Shown piece after piece: positions 49,995 to 63,044 of a DNA stretch of 64,000 nucleotides (positions are counted from its first letter, which is position 1; each line of letters starts with the position of its first letter). The DNA comes from Phoronis australis (Eukaryota > Animalia > Phoronida), in the NCBI GenBank assembly GCA_002633005.1, contig NMRA01000184.1, forward strand, positions 561,255 to 625,254, written 5' to 3'. A program made the translations under genes and the position numbers. Under the pieces are notes generated by a model, which was given only the letters and a program-made list of their open reading frames with translations, was not told the DNA's origin and did no database searches.

Positions 49995-52900
49995 TACTGC
50001 GAGTCCGCTGACGGAGTCTGTTTCACGAGTGCCAAGCTTAATTAAAAACCTGGAGAATGGGAGTCTTTAATTAGTGAAGTGGCGACTGGTCACGTGGGAT
50101 AGGGTATTAGTGATCTCTAGGGGACGGAGAGGCAATTTAACTTTTGCATTAAACGCATCACTTCTAATCACATACATTGTAAAAGGGACGTTTCACGAAG
50201 TCAAACACGTACTCCAATATCATCTGGGAAGAAGTGGCTCCTGCTACTTCCTTGTACACCTGATCAACCGCCATTGCTTTCTCCCCTAGTTCCAGTAATA
50301 GATATTTTTAAGGAGTGAATTTTATAGACCTCTGACTTTTTGTTCGCGATATATAGCCTCTAGTCAGTCATTTGTTTTTGTCAAAATTCGCTTAATTTGT
50401 GGTGCATTCAGAAATAGACTAAAAAATTAGTTTGCCAATTTGTGTAGCAAAGTGTATATAAACAAGTTAGTAGATACCCTGATTTTTTGTTTTCAAAAAT
50501 GAAAAAATCCCTTTTAGTGAACCTTAAATTGTTTTTTTTTGTAAATTCACCTTTACTGATTCAAAGTAATAAACAAGATAATGTTTTGGTAATCGCGGTA
50601 CTCACTCTACTATGTTTATACCACTGCTCCATTTTACTGATAACTTAGTGCACACAAAACCGAAAAAAGAACAGTGCCACCTTCAGGTAGACTGTACAAC
50701 TACTTGATTATGTCAATCATTGCTTTAAAGCGATCATCTAGAGACTTGTGGCCAGAATTGGTCCGGGTAATGAATAGATTCTGATTTTTTCATATTAATA
50801 AACAAAAATATTAGAATGAACATGGTTGTGTTCGAGAGCTCGGATTTTCATGAAAGCAGTTCGATTCCATGAATTCCACCTGTTTTCATTATCGCGGAAT
50901 ACCAGGGTCTCTACTTTATTTTAGGCTTCATCAAAAGGGTGAAAACTAGGAGCCCTAATTCTTATGTGAGGTAACCTAAATCAGCTTATCCATAGTATGT
51001 CATGTTACTGATGGTTAAACAATGCCTTTTACACTACAACTATACAGAACTATCCACAAGCTCATCAATTGCAATGTAACAGTTGCTGAGATAAACCATA
51101 ATTCAGATAGGTGGTATTCATGGCATTGATATGGGTTGAGTGGTCCACTGGCAAAATTAGGCTCCAGTGTTGTATACTCTGCCACCCTTGCTTTTGTTTA
51201 CCTCTGTTTACCAAGCACGCCTTCTCAGAGGATAATCGGTGAATGGACATAAATGCCGTGTTGATTTTTCCAACATTACTGTTTGCCCAGACGTTAGGGC
51301 TGTGAATTTCATTTTTTTGTGTCCCTTGCTGTGTAAATTGAAATGCTAGCAGCGGACATTGATGCTAGTTTTGTTCGGTTTTCAAACAACGCTTATGTAT
51401 GCTTATCTGGGTTGCTAACAATTAGTTCACATGAATAAAGCTGCTTGCAATTCGGCCAGCTTTCACTTATGGCGGAAACCTTAAAGAATGATGATTCGTC
51501 GTTTGGTAGAGAGATTAGTGAGTAATATCAAGTTCATCTTTTTGTAACTATAGATTTTGTAAGGAGAATGACCGTTGTTTATGTTAAAAGAGAGCTACAA
51601 AAGTATTAAAGTTCTGTATTCAGTTGATGTTCCCTGCTATAAGTGATCCTTAATAGTGTTCAAGTGCGTAAATCACATTGTTGTTTGTTACAAAGATCCC
51701 TAGCTTCCCTGTAGCTGTTTTACTTAACTAACGCACATTGGTGTCCAGGAAGCACATAAATTGTCGACATTGCTTGAAATATTTTGTTTTTAGGCCTTCT
51801 GTTGTTGGTGAAACGGTTTCGCAGTCTGCTTTTCTTGGCTTTTAATGTGTGAACAGTGCCCTCTTGTGGAAAGGTTCCTACCCATTCATCTCAGTCTGTC
51901 ACTGGTGCCAAGTGAAAGACATTTTATTGTACCAAACGGTGTTTTAGCTTTTCTTGCAGGTTGCCTCTCCTTGCTTAGACATTCCAATCCACTGTGTCAA
52001 TTGAAAAATGTTATGCCATCTATTGAGAAATAATCTCACTGCCTCATATTCAGCTTTTAAGTCATTTTAACGGACATTGAACTCGTGTTTGAGTATTAAA
52101 GAATCAGTAACTAGACGTTCAATATACAGCTTGGTATCAAATGTTAGATGTCAGTTGTTGTAGCCTAAGCTAGGGTGTGTGAAGATTCTCTTCTATGGGA
52201 GCTTGGCGGTTATTGTAAACCTGCAGTAGGAATGCCTTAAATAAAGGTGAAAGCCAACATTGTTGCATTGAGCCTACTGTAGAGGGAGTAAGCAAAACTG
52301 CTGCACATTCGGGTGCGTTGTCAAGAATTGCACTACATTTCCTTCTTTTAAATACTTGGGGAGGGGGGGGGAATGTTACTATAATTTCCAGGAGTTGATC
52401 TTTTTCAGTGGCGAGACACGTTTCAACCATTACTAAGCAGAACATGAGATTCTGAACCGAACCTCATGCGGAAGTATTTCTGCCACTCAGTGTTACAAAA
52501 GCTGTGCACTGTCTTATAAGTCGCATGGTAATCAATGAGGCCATATTGGTTAACGTCATTAATTATTGAACTTTGATGATCAGAAATAGTAACAAAATCA
52601 AGAATATTGGTATCAATTTCGTGCTTATGACGAATTTCTGAAAAGCCAAATTAAAAGTATTCAGAAATGAAATATAGACACTTTAAGCATCTTTGAGAGC
52701 ATGAGTTTTTGACTAGCAACAGACCACGAAACAAGACTATTGAAGTTTTAATGGAATTGACTGCAAACTGCAATTTGCTGTCAAGTTTGAATGATAGCAT
52801 CTGACCTGATTTATAGTAGAGCACCAATACTATAGTGGCATCTTCAAAGTCAAGGAATTCCAATTATCGTAAAATGTTCTGTAATAGCCATCCTTCAGGT

Positions 52901-53028
52901 AGCAAGGTATGATGTAAGGTCGTCCTAGAGCAAGCCAGTAACTGTCACTTTTATGTCATTTCATGGAGTTATGGATAGGTACCATACCTACTCTGGGTAT
53001 TTAAATTGGTATTTGATTTCCACTCTAG

Positions 53029-53044
53029 NNNNNNNNNNNNNNNN
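53029..53044. other. Assembly gap (16 N)
   Basis: Run of N; single Ns also occur at 18608 and 31992. Confidence 0.99.
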
Positions 53045-53729
53045 GAGTCTTTGAAACATGCCAAATTTTAGAGGAGAATCCACTAGTGATAAGATTCTGT
53101 AGGCACCCAATGTATTGCTAGTCTCTGCCTCTTGTCTTGGTTTTCTGTGCGCTGTAGCTGCTTGCTTCAGTTATCGTTTCACTGTACTCCTTGGTAAACA
53201 CTTGATGATTAGATACCTTAAGGGTATGTACCATATTGCTGGTTTTGATGTATTATACCCTTTGATTCAACTGTAGTCATTCCTCAAGTTTAGTGTATTT
53301 AATTTGTGTGGCGACTGATTTCTGTTGGAAACTATTCTGAATGAGGAATAGAGTGCTTTTATGTGCTGAGGATATCAGAAGCCTCCTGTGTCATATTTAT
53401 ACCTTTTCATTGGGTTACAAAATGACTTGTCTGAATTTCTACCATCTACTTTGTCATTGACCATGCCTTCCTTTATGCTCAGTAGTATGACCTTTGACCT
53501 TAGCATCAATTCAAAAGAACTGATTCTTATGAAGACCAAATTCACATTTCACAAGTGTCATGATGTGTGTGTATACAATATCAAAGTTTGACATATTCTA
53601 ATATACTCAAACATGAGCCTGGTCATCAAAATAATCACTGTTTTCATTTTTCTCCATTGTGCACTGTATTTCCCACTGAGTCAGCGATGTTATTATGCCA
53701 TGAATGTCACACGTCTAATGTGTTTGTAG

Positions 53730-53905
53730 ATGTCGAAAACTAGCAACATGCAGAACCGCCCCCTGCCAGCCACGCCAGTTGACGAGACAGATACGAATGG
53801 TCACGACCTTGAGGCAGACCTTCAACGTTATCAGAACGACAGTCCATTCCGCTTCGACAGGGATTACGAGTATGGCGGCTCCGCCTGTGGCACTCTACAA
53901 TCAAG
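53730..53905 (+). CDS. SH2D5: SH2D5-like gene exon 7 (MSKTSNMQNRPLPATP...TLQS); gene continues beyond the identifiable exons
   Basis: Acceptor TGTGTTTGTAG, donor AAG|GTATGT (phase 2); 176 nt open and in frame with exon 6; GC-rich relative to flanks. Confidence 0.75.
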
Positions 53906-55836
53906 GTATGTGGCATGGCAATGAATGCATTATGGGAGACCCATTATTCCTGAGGTGGTGCTAGTGAACATAGACTCCTCTTGTTGCTATGTGAACAGAT
54001 TAAGAACAAAAAGTTGTTCACCTTTGACTGGCCATTTGTGACTACCTAAATGCATGATGATTTTTCAGGTTGGACTGTTGTTTCACTCTTACTATCCTGT
54101 GAATTTCACTCTCCTCATTGGCATAAATATACTATAATTCTTGCAGTCGGGGGAAAAAACAAGTGATATAATTAGTATTTTTCTGTTTTTCGGAGGCTTA
54201 GTATGTCACTGCAAATAAGTAAGCTTTGCCAAATCTTGTATGGTGACAGCTGTACTAAACAAAATAGTCTATATATGCATCAACTTGAATAGAGGACTCA
54301 AATTTCACCAGGTGGCGCTTGTGATGCAATGGCCCCACCTGCATAAATGCATTCAAGTAGCCAAATGGGAAGAACCTTATTCCATGAAGGTGTCGTGCTG
54401 GCGATTTTCCAAAAATAAGGCCGTGAAAAGAAAATTGTGTTTCTATTTGCTAACTGATGGAGGCTGATACTGGCCATAGAGGTCTTGCTAACCATGCTTC
54501 TTGTGTTTGTTTCAAGTGAGCTAGTGTCTCTTTCAGTGGTTTTTTAGTGTCACTGGTTTTACAAAGAGTTCTTGTTTTCAGCCAACAGGTGTCACTTGGC
54601 TTATGAGTATATAAAAGTTACATAATTGTAACTGTGCTATATTCTTGTGGTCTGTGCTTGTAGAGTTGCAATCTGTTATAAGCACTGTTGTGGCAGAAGT
54701 TTCCAGTTGTAATTGGGTGTGCTGGTCTGTTGAAAGATTTTGTAAAGCCCAAAAGGTGTCGCTTTTGTATGGGAAAGTGAGGTAGCTGATACACATCCTG
54801 TGAGTTGATTTGTCCAATTTGTCTTGTATTATTTTGGTATAGTCAACATGTGTGGTGTTTTCTTAACTTTCAATTCACCAGACCAGTGCAATAGAACTTG
54901 TGTTTAGAAAATTTTAATTTTAAGTGGTTTTTGTGGCTTTCAACGAGAAATGTTAGTAAGAGAAAAGAGCTATGAGAAAGACAGCCCTTGTTTCCTTTTC
55001 ATGCATAGATAGAATATTTCCTACAAAAGTTTACCATGATCTGTCAACATGTTTGACAATTGATATCTTTTCCATGGGTTAATTTGTTATTAGTTGTTAG
55101 CCTGTTCAGACACATACCATGTGGTTTGCTTTTTGCTTTGTGTGTGTAACCAGTTGCAGGCTTCAAAGTCTCAAGATCTCTGCATGCTTAATAACTTTTG
55201 CCTTAAAGCACGACCTAAGTGCTGTGGAATATATGTTGGTTTAAGTTAGAAGGACGATTGCTGCCCAATTATCAAGCTTGACCTGGGGAGCTAAGGTTTG
55301 TAAGGAAACCTTTCACATCATAGCTTTGCCTGTTTGTTTGAATGTGAGTGTTTGTTGTGTGATGGTGTTGGGTTGTTCATGATAATATATATATCATATG
55401 TAAGGGAATTATCTACCCTTGTGAAATATTTATAAAAGTTATTTCTTCATGTTGTGTAAAATTCTTTGATTCATTCTCATGCGCCAGCTACGCCAGTTGG
55501 TTTGATAACTGCATCTGAGTTTAACTGTCAGCCCTTACATTTTTGATGGTATCTTTGAATTAGAGCATTAAGGTTATCTTTAGAGCAGGCAGTGAAATGT
55601 TATATGAAAAAAAATCCAGCCAAAAGTGACTGTGGATATTTATTTAAAGCGAAATGAAGAATATGTCCTTTTGCTGATATTTTTCAATTTTCCTTCCCAG
55701 AATTACCAAGTGCTACCGTGAGATATGGACACGCACGGTAGAGGTCCTATAAGAACTAGTCTTCTTCCATCATTTTGCTCGCAGAAAATTTTTATGCCTG
55801 GTTACCCTTGGTTACCCGTGGTTATGAGATAGTATA

Positions 55837-56044
55837 TGGTAAAATCTCACCAATTTCAAACAAAAATAATTACCAATATTTTCCTAAGACTTCTAACATT
55901 GCAAATGATCACAGTTTCTCTAAACATTGCCCGGAGGTAGCCATAATATACAGCCTCAGGTTCAACAAGCCTTTGGTGAACAATGAAAAATTCAAGTTTT
56001 ACTTGTCTGTAACATTGTGTCCTAAATTGGTGAGATTTTTGTAT
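55837..56044. mobile_element. MITE, GGTAAAATCTCACCAATT-TIR family
   Basis: TA-TGGTAAAATCTCACCAATTTCAAACA ... TGTCCTAAATTGGTGAGATTTTTGTA. Confidence 0.7.
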
Positions 56045-59000
56045 ACTTTCAGACTTCAGTTTGCGAGTTCTGTTGAAGTGGAGTGCTTACGATGCTCACC
56101 ATTTCTGTGAGACCTGTGTCACCTTTATTGATTCTGAGGTGTTGCTCTCTGACAGGAAGAAACTGGTTGAATTGAATGAGGGTGAATGACCTGTTCTTTT
56201 CAATAGTCTGGCATCCAGCAAATTACGACATTGAGAACGAAATTATGATATTTACTATGTACACGCTGCATAGTTTTGATAACTGTGAAATATTTGTGTA
56301 CATCAACAGTTCACGCTTGGCAACAAAACATACACCTTTCACGAACAATCTTAAGAAGTGTTGTTAGCCTTTAGAGGGCGCTAATCCAGTTATTTACAAC
56401 TGTTTAAGTTAATTGCACACCTTTGCAGATTTTTTTTCGCAAAAATTTAGTATTCTATTTTGTAACTTGTACTAAATTCTTATATTTTTCATTGTACCAC
56501 TAACATTTTTTTAAACGCATTATTCATGCAGCAAGTATGCAAGTTGTTATGGGGATGAGTTCAATTATTGATTAAAATAACGTGGCGAATCTTTATCAGA
56601 CATTTTCGAAGTTTTGAGCATTGATTTCTCTTTTGTTCATGTTGCATGAAGCTTCAGAATTTTAGGACAGTCTTTGTTGGTTGATATCCCAGTTGTTTGG
56701 CACTATATAAAAATCCTTGCATATTGACTGTAAGAATATTCAGTTCAAATACAAACTGACACGCACTTCGAGGTTTTTTTAGAAATTCATCTTCAAAGCA
56801 AAAGTGATAATTATTTTCTTAAAAAGTAAGTACCATAATTGCATTGCTGTAAGGTATAAATTAATATTTTCAATCATCGAGAATTCAGAAATGGACAGTT
56901 AAGAGTTATTTTATGAGAAATGAAGACTTCACGAAAGTTGACACGTGACAATATTACCTTAATGCATTTATTACAGTCTGATAAATGTTTTTAAATTCTC
57001 CTTAAATGAATTGGTTGTTGTCTGTAAACGGATGTTTACACTGACGCTCAGTGGCATAATGTTTTTTTACTTAATACCTTGGAGATTTTCAACTACACCA
57101 CAGAACCAGGGAGACTTTTGGCAGTTACTGCCCTCAAGAAATGTATTAGTGTTTGATAATTAGCATTTAGGATTGGAAATCTTAATTGTCATCGTTTTGT
57201 CTTTAGTTTGATCCTCTACTTGTTTCAAGTAAACTGTTTAAGGTCACACTGTATGAAAAATTTGAGAGAAATTTTTATGGATATATATTTTATATATATA
57301 ATTTTCGTTAGGTATGCAAAATCATATCTCCAAAGTGGGGGTTTAGATTCAGATGAAACCTTCAAATCATACGCTTTTTGTGCTGTTCTCCAAAATGCTG
57401 TTAAGAATTGTATTTAAAATTATCTCTATTTTTAAGAGTGTCAACCAAAATATGATTTTGATTTTTGTTTGTTGCTTGAAATGGAAATGAAACGATATTT
57501 TAGAAACTATTCCAGATTTTTTGATATTTCATCTTGAACATCTATATCAAAACAAAATATGATCATGCTGTCGTTTTGATTTGAATGTACCTTGTTGCAA
57601 TAACTTTACTATAAAGATACAGTCATTTGACCCGGTCAACGGCACACTGGTATAATGCCAAAAACCTTATTCCACAGACTTTCTATTTTTAGAAAATTCA
57701 ATTTTGCTGAGTTAAGTGTTTTAGTTTTAAAGATACTTAGATGAATGCACAGGCTTGTTGATAAGGTCCTACATACTCTTGAATTCAACTTATCTCCCCA
57801 ACGTTGTAAACGCTTGTTGTGATTTTTTAATTAGAAGACCTCTGTTAGTCATTTCTATTTGAGTGTCTCGGTATTCAACTGAGCTTCCTTTGAAATGTCT
57901 GCTGTTCAGTATCAAGTGTTAGTTAAATGCTGTAGGGGTGGGAGTTGTTACATATTTTCTTAATGGACGACTGTGTCCTAATTACGTCGAGAGCTCATCT
58001 GCATCAAGTGGCTCCACCTCTAGGGTTTCCCTCGGGCATTTGTCCGACACCTGTACCTATGTTCCAAATTGTGATAATCTCTGCCAACAATTCACCTGGA
58101 GAACCGGCATTGGCTTGCAGATTAGTTGATCCATCCAAAGACGATTGACTTGTTGAGCTATGAGAATGGTGCTCTTGAATTTCAAGTATTTAGGATCAGC
58201 TGGGAAAGGGAGAGCTGAGAATGTACTTAAGCTGTGAAGTGTGGTTTGACTGGCATTTGAGTTTCAGCTGACCGTTACTTCACAGGGTTTTGATGGGCAA
58301 AATAAGCAGCTCAAAAATGTTACGTTTGTTCCTTGTGATTTGGTTAGTCAGTGTGAAATCCGTAGTTTTCTTTAACTTCATTGGAAATTTAGCTTTAAAA
58401 TTTTCTTTTGTCTTCCATACCTGCAGCTGGTTTGGTTTACTTCAGAGTGTTTTTGCGCCATGCACGACTACATTTAATGTCTAATTTGTTTTTAGAGAGT
58501 GACTCATAAAGTCTTTTTGTAAAATGCTTATCCCATGTGTAAAATTCCCAAATGTGGCGGAGTCATTGAAATGTGTCAAAATACGCATACTGTGTCGCAG
58601 GAATGCCTGCTTTGTATGGAATTCTGTATTTCTTCAAAATTTATAGAGCCCCGAAATGGGTGCTCCTATGTAAAAATACAAGAAAAACGTCCACAAAGGC
58701 CTAAATAGTAGGTTATGAGGACATCAGCTTGATGTAAGCTATGTTTTGCCAAGTTCATGCCGAGTTTTTCTGAAGGTTCATGCATCACCTTACAAAACTG
58801 TATGTTGTTAAATTGCTGTACAGTTTGCTAATCACCAAGCACATGATCTTTATAGACTTCCAGGCATTACCATTTGTACCTTTTGTTTACCAAATAATAG
58901 CCCAACTAAGTCGGAAACATCCAACTTTTTTCAGTGTAACGAGAGAACTCAACAACTTCTGCATGGTCCAGTGTGACTTAATTTTTTTTCACCAAGATAC

Positions 59001-59217
59001 GCTGAGCTGTTGACGACAAAATGTAAAACACGTTGTGTATATTTCCTGGCACTGGATTGTTGTTCAAGTGATTTGAACGTCCCACAGCAGTGGTAACAGG
59101 AAGGCACGGTGGCAGTAACAAAATTTAACTAATGCCGTAAAATTTCATTACTTTTTAAAGCAGGTTTAAAAATCTTTGTCCGTGCTACATGTGAACATAT
59201 GTCCTAATAGTCTCTTG

Positions 59218-59475
59218 CTGTAAAATGTCACCAATTAAGGACACAATATGGCCGATTGCGGGTGACTGATGGGAGTTTTATTTTCTTATTTTTTCACATA
59301 AAAAGATATCAACACAAAATAATGCTTGCTTTACCATGCTCAGGTTTTGTATGATGTTTACTATCACACAAATTTTTGAAAACTTTTGGCTACTCACGGC
59401 AATGTAAGAATACCTTGAAAAATGAGAAAAAGGCAGTTTTGGTGATTATTTTTTGTCTGGAATTGCTGGGGACTA
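59218..59475. mobile_element. MITE, same TIR family, opposite orientation to the 39007 copy
   Basis: GTAAAATGTCACCAATTAAGGACACAATATGGCCGA left end; GGCAGTTTTGGTGATTATTTTTTGTCTGGAATTG right end. Confidence 0.55.
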
Positions 59476-62400
59476 CTTATTTAACTGGGTTGCTGCGATA
59501 TCTGCGAAACGCTGTCATATGAAATATTATAGGCACACATGAATGGGTAATGTGACCATCCAGTTGGGCAATTAGAGATATTATGAGTATTATGACAGAC
59601 ATGCCGAATCACCTGTGTGTTTTCCTAGCATTTGATGCTAAGTGTCTGTTGTGTTTATCTGACATTTCTCTCTCTCCCAATAATTGGACTTTGGCTCTGG
59701 CGGGATTTAGATTGTAAGAGTAATGTACACACGGTTGAGGTTTAGGAAATGTTTTTGACATCATTTAGACAGTTTATCAGGCATTTTGTTTACGCACTTA
59801 TAAGAAGCGATGTAGTTAGCAGGTTTAATGTTATTAAAAGTTGGATTTAACCAATCTTTGATTGCATCAGTGCACTTTATTTTTCATTGTATATTAAATG
59901 TTACAACAATGTTGAATTATGGAATTAAAATATGCAGCTACTCTACCTTTTAAGATCCTTGACATTTTGAAGTATTTATGTGTCAAAATAATGAAATGAA
60001 AAGTATGACTAAAATTTCAGAATTTTATTACAATATTAATATGATGGTGCGAGAGAGGAAGAAAAAGTTAATGTTTTAACACTTTGTGCAAAACTGTAAA
60101 TGGTTGTTCATAAATAGAGATTACATTGGGGCCAGGTATGTCAACTATTTCATAACCTTTTGTCACTGCTCTAGCTCTTTTGTGCACCTTTCCTAGAAGC
60201 CAAGCAGTGTAGGTGCTAGTGACGATAATTTTCAAATAAAATCAGCTTTGGCAGGTGCCAAAACAATATTAAACCCAGGCATGAAACATCTGTGTAGAAC
60301 AGTTCAGGCACCGAGTAGCCATTCGGCTTCACATGCGTAGTTTACCTCTGCAAGAAAATAATGCTCTCAACAATTTAACCAACTTTCCTGGTGGGGCATC
60401 AACTGTCAAAAAAAGCAGTTTGAAATTTCTCTCTTTCATTCTGTGATTGTCATTCCTCTCTTGTCCAACATGGTTGAACACCTCTCAGGCCTTCACTGAC
60501 ACTTGAACCTTGGGGAGATAACGGCATTGGCCAGTGGTAGTCACATGACCGTTTCATCACAGGTCAGTTGACCTATGAAAGAATGTTTGTATATAACCTC
60601 CAGTATGCTTGGCATTTTACTCCATTCATGCTGTCAGTGAAGGCAACAAAGTACTAGGAGCTGTTAGATAAACCGAATTGTGTGTGAGAGAGAGAAAGGG
60701 AAACGAAATTACTCGTCATTGATCCTGAATTGAGAATCTGCGAATTGTTTTACCAGCAAGACCGTGGTTGAAGGTGGATCTAGTGTGTTACATACTGTTT
60801 GGAGATGTGTCTAGTAATGCGCAAGCATCGGAAGCTAAAGATTGGGTATCTTGACATGCAGGCTATTCCTAACAGGTAAATAAGGTGTCTAATGTATCTA
60901 GTGAGTTTGAATGCCCGAACCATTCAGGTGTGAAGGTTTTATGGCGAGAAGAATGGGGTTCATGTATCTTCTAAAAGTGTCAATGGTTGTGTGAAGTAGG
61001 TTTTAAGTTTGATAGAATTTGATGGCCTAATTTGAATTGTGGGGGCCAAGAAAATTTGGGGATTAATGAGGATTTAAGTATGACCGAGTGCATTTCAGTG
61101 AATCAATTGAGTTTGGGTTGGACTACTAGTTATGTTACTACAAAACTATGAGTTTATCAATCTATTGTGATAGAAAAAGAGCTTCGCTTTGGGGTTTCTA
61201 CTCTGTTTGATCTCTACATTCCGACTGTGTGTCCACTGCCTACTGTTCTGTTTGTCATCTTTCCATTATTTTACTCACATGTACATTGTTAGTCAGACTG
61301 TGCCCGATGGTTTTGAAGCGATTTTAGGTTAAGAAATAATTGGCAGCCTGTAAAGATTTATTGATGAAACGAGCAATTTATGTGATGATAATAAAAGTGT
61401 CTTGCAAGAGTTCTAGCCATTGATGGCCGAGCACTTAGCTAAATTAACATTCGCTATGCAGGTAATTGAAATTTCATTCTGAGATGCCACTAAATTGAAA
61501 ATATCCATCAGAACAAATTGTATATTGTGGCATCATATCATGTATGTACTGGTTTTGTCGAAATCAAATTTCCTGCTAGGTTATGTACATTATTATTGGT
61601 CAGCAGCCTGCTATTTAATTGCTGGTGGCAGAAGGTTCTCAGTTGCTCCCTATAATTATGTGTTAAATAATATCAAGGAATTTCGTGGGGGCTGGGACTA
61701 ATTATAAAGGCTCCTGGCACCATGCTAGTATATGTGAATGAGGATTTGCAGTGTAATCAGAGGTGTGTGCTCTCAATAATTAGAGGGGTTTCCACTTTTT
61801 GTTTGGTCGATTCCTTCCATTCCTGCATTAAAAAACAAAAAAACAAGGTGTATTGTTTTTCTATGTTATTCTTAAGTTTCAGTGATGAACATTTGTTGTA
61901 ATGTCGTCATTTGGTTTCATTGAATTGATGAACTTTCTTCTCGCCCAGAAGGTTGGTGATGTTTTAAAGTAAGTGTTTCATTTCTTTGGTATGGATTTGC
62001 AGCGAATTTCTTGCAGTAACTTTGACGAAACGAGGGAACATCACCAAGATTAAAAAATATGGTTTTTATTCTTTAGGGTGGGGCAGGGGATCTCTATAAA
62101 TGCAGACATGAATGAGTTTTGGAACTTTTGGTTGTTATTTGGAGTTTGCTCTTTGGTCGACACCAACCTTTTCTTTTAGAAGTGTTATCTCTGAGTTGAC
62201 CAGGGGTTAGGGACATACAAAGTGTTAGATCTATCAGATCTGTCTGGTGGAGGAGTGTAGTTGTGGTAGGGCTATCTCTATTGATGGACTTCTTATCGTT
62301 TGTCATTAGCTGACTTCTCTGTGAAATTTAACTTCTTCCTTTTCAATCTTGCCTACAGCATAAAGGTTGTCTGCATTCGGCAAAATATCTTCAAAACTAC

Positions 62401-62634
62401 TGATTGTAGCTCAGTAAAAGTATTCGTTTTCCGAAAGAAGAAAATCTGTAGAATTTGATTTTTGCCATTAAAGGGACATACCGGCGAGAAAAATTACTCT
62501 GAAATCAGCCTCAGCGTGGAGTCATACCTTGAGCCTCAGTACGCCACTGGTAGATCTAAATCCCACTCTACGAAAAGGCAGAGTATTTTAAGAAAATTAA
62601 ACTTGTAAAATCACTTTTCTAGATTTTTTTACTA

Positions 62635-62750
62635 ATGTTTGGCAGGCAACGACGGGTATTAGTGATTTGTAATAAACTCACAAAAACAACAGATTTTGTA
62701 GATTTACTGCTCTGGTCAAAGCTAATAACTTCAAGAAGTCGATCTCATTC
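62635..62750 (+). repeat. Dispersed repeat fragment, homologous to 36878-36990
   Basis: TGGCAGGCAAC...ATTTGTAATAAACTCACAAAAACAAC...GTCAAAGCTAATAACTTCAAG. Confidence 0.7.
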
Positions 62751-63044
62751 AGTAAAAATCCCATGAGTGTAGTCGGGTCACATGACCACGTCTTTTTAGT
62801 AAAATTCAGCAGAAAAGAATGGTACATCCATAGCAAAACATGGCTATCAGTAATGGCTGAAATGTTGAACCGTCTCTATGACATCCTGTCTCCTAGGAAG
62901 TGAATTCTGTACAATTTTCAGCTTGGTCGAATTTAATTTGATGTTATTAATGTTAGTGATAAAGTCTCAATAGTGCTGTTACAGTTTCTAAATAATTTCA
63001 TTTTATTTTATGTGACTTAGATAAAAAGCATTGAAGTCCTATTT

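Noticed and set aside
53906-63000. Candidate further exons of the SH2D5-like gene (acceptor-like sites near 54068, 55700, 56155, 57936 and 61948)
   Set aside because: In the required phase they hit stops quickly or lack good donors, and none shows SH2 motifs.
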